From positions 64,046,001 through 64,110,000 of the forward strand of contig OX597832.1 in the NCBI GenBank assembly GCA_951406725.2: 64,000 bases of DNA, given 5' to 3'. Origin of the DNA: Octopus vulgaris. Taxonomy: Eukaryota. The first letter of the stretch is position 1. Each line of letters opens with the position of its first letter. The notes below the pieces were generated by a model. The model was not told the origin of the DNA. It worked only from the letters and a program-made list of their open reading frames with translations, and did no database searches. Shown here one piece after another: positions 56,330 to 64,000 of the stretch. A program made the translations under genes and the position numbers.

Positions 56330-57056
56330 GGCGCAGATGTGGCTGTATGGAAAGAACTTTGCTTCCCAACTACTTGGGACTGGGTTCGATCCCTTTGCGT
56401 GGTACCTTGGGTGGGTGTCTTCTACTACAACCTCGGGCTGACCAAAAAAAAAAGCCCGTCGAATAAATGTAAATATGATTGTGTGTGGATGTGTGTTTTA
56501 GTCCTGCCCCATCGCTTGACAACCGGTGCTGGTGTGTTTACGTCCCCATAATTTAGCAGTTGGGTAAAAGAGAGAGATAAAATAAGTACCTGGCTTAAAA
56601 AAGTAACACATGCACATTCTTACACGCACGCACACACACACACACATACACACACACACACATACACACACACACACACACAGACATGGATATTCTTTTG
56701 CTTATTATTCATTGGACAACGGCCATACTGGGACACCGCCTTGAATGGAGTAGGGGAACAAATCGACCATAACACTATTTGAAGTCTGGTATTTTGACCA
56801 TTGTTCCTTTTTAAACGAACAAATAGCCTAAGGAAACGTAAACAAACCAACACCGATTGCCAAACGGTGTGGATGATGAACAAACACAAGGATACACAGA
56901 CACACAGACAGACATACACACACGCACAAGGCGGGCTCTTGTAGTATTCGTCAGTTCAAGGTTATAGGAGTCACCCAGCCTTGGTGTCGCAGAGTGGGAC
57001 GGAACACAAAACCAGATGGGTGCGAAGCGAACTTCTTAACGGCAGAGTCATGCCTG
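56330..57056. mobile_element. Convergent pair of degenerate family A SINEs
   Basis: Plus copy about 56330-56600, minus copy about 56695-57056. Confidence 0.7.
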
Positions 57057-57155
57057 CATTCATACATACATACGTATGGCTTTCATGTAACTGCGGAAGA
57101 CCATCACTGACCATTGCCCAAGCAAAATGCAAGCAATACCCATGCATTGCGTTTA

Positions 57156-57262
57156 CTGTACCAGCAGTCGACTTCCCCCGAGTTCGCATCCGCCGTTTGC
57201 ATGCTTGCCGCGGCACCCTCCTACTCGTCCGAGCATCGGACAGTCGCCTGGTCGGCGATTGC
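57156..57262 (-). pseudogene. Short diverged 28S rRNA fragment
   Basis: ctgtaccagcagtcgacttcccccgagttcgc...gccgcggcaccctcctactcgtc matches my recollection of antisense metazoan LSU rRNA (ctgcacctgcggcggctccacccggg...ccgcagcggccctcctactcgtc); GC-rich island. Confidence 0.55.
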
Positions 57263-57883
57263 ACAACCTAAAACTTTATGTCCAATAAAACTTGCACAGC
57301 AGCGCAGACTCTGTAAGCGACAGACTACGCTGATGACCTTGGAGATGTCTGCGTGTTTTATATACGTAGATATTAGCAAGTGAAACCAATGGTACATAGG
57401 TATTCGCTTTTATTTCGTATGTTTTCATTTGTCTTGCTCATTTCTTTACATCTTGGCGTTTTGCTGAGATTTGTTTCTTGAAAACACATTCTTCGTGGTA
57501 ATGGCGATTTGGCGTCTATGTTTAGCATATAAGGTACCCACTCAAATTTTATATATATATATATATATATTGTCAAACTTTCTGATAGTGTTGGGATCTA
57601 GTTTTCTTTTTTATTATAATTATACAGACACACATATATACCTCTATTCTTTACAACATCCCAACTTCATAGAAAAGTTTTTAAAATGTTGAGAAAATAT
57701 AAAAGGAAAAAAAATTCTTTTAAACGCCTTCCATCTCTAGAAATCAAAAAAATTACATTGATACATACATACACACACACACATTCACACATATATATAT
57801 AATTTATTAAAAAATTATATAGTATATATCAATGTGTATACATAGATGTGTATGTATGTATATATCAATGTATGTATATATAT

Positions 57884-57953
<70 letters not shown>

Positions 57954-58099
57954 TCAAGGCAAGAAATATAAGAAGCTATGGAAATTAGATGAATGTTGAG
58001 ATAAGAAGTCGATGACAAGCTTTTGTGGAGTTCGCTGTCAGAGGTGATATGAAGACAGTTTCACGTTTTCTTCCTACAGATTAAATTCGATTTGGATAT

Positions 58100-58148
<49 letters not shown>

Positions 58149-58640
58149 GCGCATGCGTAAGATGTACTTTGTGAATGTGTGCGTCTTTGTGTATGTTTGT
58201 GTCTAATTTCTTTAAATGCTTTTCTTTTCTGTTGCGAGTGTGTCCATATGTGTGTGTTTATGTGTATGTGTGTGTGTGAGTGTGTGTGTGTGTGTGTGTG
58301 TGTATGTATAGAGCGCTCTATTCTACGAATGTTAATATAAGTACAAATATATTGTGTGTATGTGTTGTGAATAAAATGTATGTGTGTGTGTGTATACATA
58401 TGTGTGTACGTATGTGTGTATATGTGTATATGGTGTTGTATTGTGTGATGTAAATGTGTGTGTTGCGAATGTGTAAGCATGTGTATGTGTTTGTGTTGGT
58501 TTATTCGACGAATGTGGAAATATGCGTGAGTGTGTTGTAAATATATACACGACGTATTCCTGTGTGTATTTGTGTTGGGTGTGTTTATGAGATTTGGAAA
58601 TGCGTGCAAACGTGTGAATGTATATCTATATGTTTACGTG

Positions 58641-59082
<442 letters not shown>

Positions 59083-59379
59083 CAGATAATCTGTCTGTCT
59101 GCCTACGTGCCTGCCTTTTTGTTTGTCTGTCTGTTAGTATCGCTAACTGTGTAAAAATATATGTCTCTGTATAGATGTGTGCGTTGACGTGAATACATCT
59201 GTACATGTGTGTACTTGTGGGTATAAGAAGGCAGGTGAGCGTGTAGATGTGTGTGACTAAGTATGAGGATCTGGGTTCGTGTGTGCTGTGTGTGCATGTA
59301 GTGAAGCGTTATGTAAGTGTGTGTGTGTATATTTATTACACGTGTATATAATCAATATATGTGTACATGCTCATTAATA

Positions 59380-59595
59380 CGAAGTAGGGTTGAAAGGTTC
59401 CTGGCTTTGAGTAAAAGAAAGTACAAGAGGATCGATTAATTATCATTCTATTGAACATACTCCATTCTCAGAGTCACACACTCATTGCAGCAGCCCTTCA
59501 GTTTTTCTAAACCCTGTAAAAGAACTAGGATTGTTGGGCCTCTGCTAGACCTTCCGCGATATCCTTAAAGCCAGGAACTTTTCAGCACCCTCTCG
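59380..59595. mobile_element. Mariner-derived MITE
   Basis: TIR-like ends ttgaaaggttcctggcttt / aaagccaggaacttttcag; second copy at 61116-61304. Confidence 0.75.
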
Positions 59596-59760
59596 AATAC
59601 ACACACACACATATAATGTTTCTCTCCTTGTTTGTTTCTGTCCCTTTCTGTAGAAGAGCGTAGAAGACTTTTTCTATTCCTGAGCGTTATACTAATACAT
59701 CTGTTTGTTTTGTACACCACCTGCCTTCGTCTTGTTTTTTTATGTAAACTCTCCCTATAT

Positions 59761-61013
59761 TTCATTTCATTTCATCTAGTTTTAGCTCACGAGCTGTGGC
59801 CATGCTGGGGCACCGCCATTCGGTGTTGCTACATGATTTTACTTCACGAATGCTTTTTAGCAATTGACATTTGGTGCATGAGAGAGTTTGATGCAGCTGC
59901 CCTCATCTGCACCTCCTGCCGTGAAGTTGGTTCATCTGGGACACCTGACAGGAAGAGGTCCAGCTTTATTTTAAAGACATCTGCATCCACCCCATGCAGG
60001 TCTCTCAGGTCCTTCGGGAGGATATTGAAGAGCTGTGGACCTCTGAAGCCCAGACTATCGCAGTATCTTGTCTTACATCTTGATAGCAAATTTGGAGTCC
60101 TTGGCACTATGCAGTGGCGCCCAGTTCTAGTATTTGTGTAACTCTCGATACCAAAGTTTGGGACAAGTCCTTCTAGGATCTTCCAGATGTATATTATGGC
60201 ATATCTTTCTCGCCTACGCTCTAAGGAGTAGAGTCTTAATCTTTTGAGTCTTTCCCAATAGCTTATATGCTGCATAGAGGCTATCTTCGTGTAGCTTCGT
60301 TGGATTGCCTCAAGAACTGTGATTAATTTGACACTGGTTGGTGACCATAGCTGAGAGCAATAGTCAAAGTGGCTTAGGACAAGTGTCCTCCAGAGGACCA
60401 TCATGGTTACCTGGTCTCTTGTTCTAAAAGCTCTACGAATCCATCCGGTCAGCCGCCTACATTTCATTGCCAATTTAGCAACATGCACATGAAAGGTTGC
60501 ATCATTACTCATATAAATACCCAGGTCTCGCACTGATTGTAACTCTGGGATTGCAATCCCTCTAGGTCCAGTGTATTTATAGGGTATTGCATTTAGTTTT
60601 GCATGCTGATAGCATAAAGCTTGACACTTTTCAGCATTGAACTGCATGCTATTCGTTTCAGTCCACTTGTATATTTTGTCCAGCTCACATAGTGTCTTCA
60701 GGGTTCTGTATTACCTGTGAAACTTTTGTATCATCTGCATAACTTGTGATCGTGGCTCTCTGCGTGGCTGGGAGCATGTCTGAGAGGGCCATTATGAACA
60801 GCAGTGGTCCCAAAACAGTGACTTGCGGAACACCGCTCACTATTTACGTGTTATTGGAGGTGGTCCCATTGACTACTACCACTTGACTTCTATCCTTCAG
60901 AAAGTCATGAAGCCATTCTCCCAATTTTCCAACTATGCCAAGATCACGCAGTTTGTGACATATCATTCCATGATCGATTATATCAAAGGCCTTTGCAAAG
61001 TCACTTCCACATT
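59761..61013 (-). pseudogene. 5'-truncated CR1/Jockey-group LINE: RT domain, C-terminus and 3' tail
   Basis: DFAKAFD, SGVPQ-TVLGPLLFIM, YADDTK, FNAEKC, VRDLGIYM, DYCSQLWSP, SYWERLKRLRLYSLERRRER; tail ends in (TGAAA)n. Confidence 0.93.
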
Positions 61014-61115
61014 TATAGCCCTTTTTACATCGTCTTCCTTTATATTGATGTAATCAATCATAATTGCCTCTGATTTTATATCTGCAGTGGTAAAGAAGTC
61101 AGTTATACACACACA

Positions 61116-61304
61116 CGCAAGGTGGTACTGAAAATTTTCTGGCTTTATGGAAAGGAATATACTGGAGGATCAGTTAATTATGATTTTATTCAGCATATTC
61201 ATCTCTCAAATTCACACCCTTATCGTAGCGGTCATTCAGTGTTTCTAAACCCTGTAAAAGAACTCGGAATACCCTTAAAGCCAGGCACTTTTCAGCACCC
61301 TTCG
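61116..61304. mobile_element. Mariner-derived MITE (second copy)
   Basis: Shares ttctaaaccctgtaaaagaact and TIRs with 59380-59595. Confidence 0.75.
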
Positions 61305-61367
61305 TACACACCTACATACATGTATGCGCACACACATACCTACATTCATATATATATATATACATAC

Positions 61368-61402
<35 letters not shown>

Positions 61403-61910
61403 GGTGTATACCTACATATGAGTAGAAATGTCGTCGGCTGTCCGTCATAGGTCGGATTGACTTTGACTCGTTTATTCAGTTGAAACAAAACACATTTGGA
61501 CGATGAGTGAAGCAGGTGGCATTGGCCGCACTATCAGACCAACTCTCTGGGCCTCCATACCAAATATTAAGTGGTGCACACGAGTGCAACGAGTATGGTC
61601 GTCAATGAGGCTGCCCCGCAGCAGCAGGTCAGACTCTTGTTGACGCTGATCCGTTGTATGGTGACACAGTTCTTCCTCATGGCCGCAATAACCCTCAGCT
61701 CGTTGCTCTAGGACGCCTCCACCTTGTTAGTTATCCAACGTCCTGCTGTCGGTGTTTTCCTCATATTTCTAGCTGGTGAGGCTAAGGGGTTACTAGCATT
61801 TGGCCAAGGTAACACTCCAGTCTACGGATGGAAGCGGCAAATTGCTCTCCCTTTTTCGACCTGCCGCTAATGTGAGTGCCGTACGGTACGGTACACACAC
61901 GCATGCATGC

Positions 61911-61943
<33 letters not shown>

Positions 61944-62294
61944 CAAACGGGGCGACTGATATCGTAAGTCAGTAGAAATTGTATTTATTGATAAAGTGTA
62001 AAAATCTTCACTTCTTATGACATCGAGAGATGGGATTCTGATATTTTGCGCAAATACGTCTTTGGGGATAGGTGAAAGATTTTATTCTTTTATTATACCT
62101 AAGAACGTGAACATAGTAGTGAATAACAGGGAATGCCCCAAGTTTAGTGCTTGCACATTCACTGGAAGGAAGTGGGTGGAAAGAGATAAGAAGGTATATT
62201 TGTACATGTGTATAGTTGCATACACCCATACACATACAAATGCAACGATGCATATGGACACATAAACATGCTCTTTTACCCACACACACACGCA

Positions 62295-62340
<46 letters not shown>

Positions 62341-63050
62341 TATATATACACACACTTGGATGATCGATTTCGCATGCACCTTCACAGACTAATCCAACGT
62401 AAACCGGGGGAAATTTTGGCCCTCATTTCAACACATACCAAACTCATTAACCACCTCTTCGTGTCCGGCGCTTCTGTACACCATTGCGGAACGTAACTGT
62501 CGGAAATGTACAAAAGCATCCTTCATATTAACATGCATGGGCAACAAGTGATCTGCCTTTTTCTGTTACGTTTTACCGTGTTTCCCCTCTTTTGGAATAA
62601 GGATGAAGAAAAACTGTCTCACGCTCAAAAGCAGGATTGCATCCAAAACGCTTGGAAAATCTGCGAACCGTGTAGTTGTAATTTACCAACATAATCTCAT
62701 TTGATTATATAAGAAGTTAAAATGACAAGGGAATATATATTATGTTATGAACTTCAATAGCTTACAGTTTTTTTCTGATATAAAATGCAAGAACTTATAG
62801 CCGAATGCCTGTGTATCAGCCTATAGGTTTGGAGCTCTGATGAATCTATTGTGTGATACGCAATCATTCAACAAAGAGTGCATTATATCTTATAGCAAAT
62901 GAAGCTCATGGCATAATTACTTATTCCTTTGTCATTTCAATTTATTACTGCTCTGTACTCAACTGACACTTTATACTGAAACGTGTGTGTATTGACTTCT
63001 GACACCAGGCTACTTGTATCTCTATGCTTAAACCAAATACAACAACAACA

Positions 63051-63153
<103 letters not shown>

Positions 63154-64000
63154 AATAACAATAATAATAATAATAAAAAAATAATGATGCTATATATGTA
63201 TATATACGTATAGTGTGTTTGTATCTTTATGTGTATAAGTGTGCATTACGTAGATACGTATCTGTGTCAGTGTGTCTATATATAATTGCATTGGAAGCAA
63301 TACCTTCTAACATATTCACATACAGACACATGCACAAAAATAGATTCATGCATACATACACATATGCATGCACTTCTTCACATACACACACACATTTACG
63401 GAACTGCATTCACAACCTAAGGCGTTCACACATACAAACACACATACGCATATACGAATTGACTGGCATACACTCATATACCATACAATCCCAATACACA
63501 CAGTCTTCAGGTACTGACACAGACATACATATTCACAATAGAGTGATAGGTACACACAGATGCATAAATGCGCATAAACAGACAATCATATGCGCGCAAA
63601 CACACACTCAGACATACATATTCTATGCGAATCTCACACATACGCACACTGAGAGTTATATACAGAAACGCACACACACATACACACACTGTAAGCAATA
63701 CAACACACACAGACTTATGTCGAATCACCTCACTCCATCTCTATTACCAATTTGTAATCAAACATTCACGCCATCTTATTAAATGTGTGTTATCAGCTAA
63801 GATGCTATCACACATCTTATTTAGATCAGTTTAATCAGAAGCGTAGGAGGTGATTTAATCATCTTGATACTATTTAAGAATTCTCTGCGATATATTTAAA
63901 CATTTCTTGATTTTGGAAATTAAAAGCAAACAGCATCAAAAACAAGTAAGACGAGATAAAAATAAAATACAGCTCTACAAAAAAATAAAGAAAGTATAAA

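Noticed and set aside
62438-62495. Minus-strand segment with plausible acceptor and donor sites
   Set aside because: No reading frame resembles a cadherin or any other recognisable protein; unsupported without transcript data

Overview
AT-rich, microsatellite-saturated animal genomic DNA. The SINE repertoire and (TA)n/(CA)n/(TATC)n load suggest an octopus/coleoid cephalopod (inference). Nearly all listed ORFs are microsatellite artefacts. The only well-supported host coding sequence is one minus-strand cadherin-repeat exon (53232-53316), with two weaker exon candidates, so much of the window may be intronic. The rest is transposon debris: tRNA-derived SINEs, two mariner and one Tc1-like remnant, MITEs, a Helitron, and CR1-like, RTE and R4/Dong-like LINE fragments. 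The standout signal is about 12 type I hammerhead-ribozyme (HHR) or HHR-remnant motifs. Among them is a family of ~355-nt, highly structured, HHR-bearing units sitting in (TA)n tracts: a 1.45-mer at 20431-20943, an inverted multimer at 27863-28886 and a fragment at 52400-52550. These share colinear hairpins with compensatory base changes, consistent with a retrozyme-like / Penelope-mobilised (circular) RNA family. All alignments and folds were done by eye; repeat boundaries are approximate.
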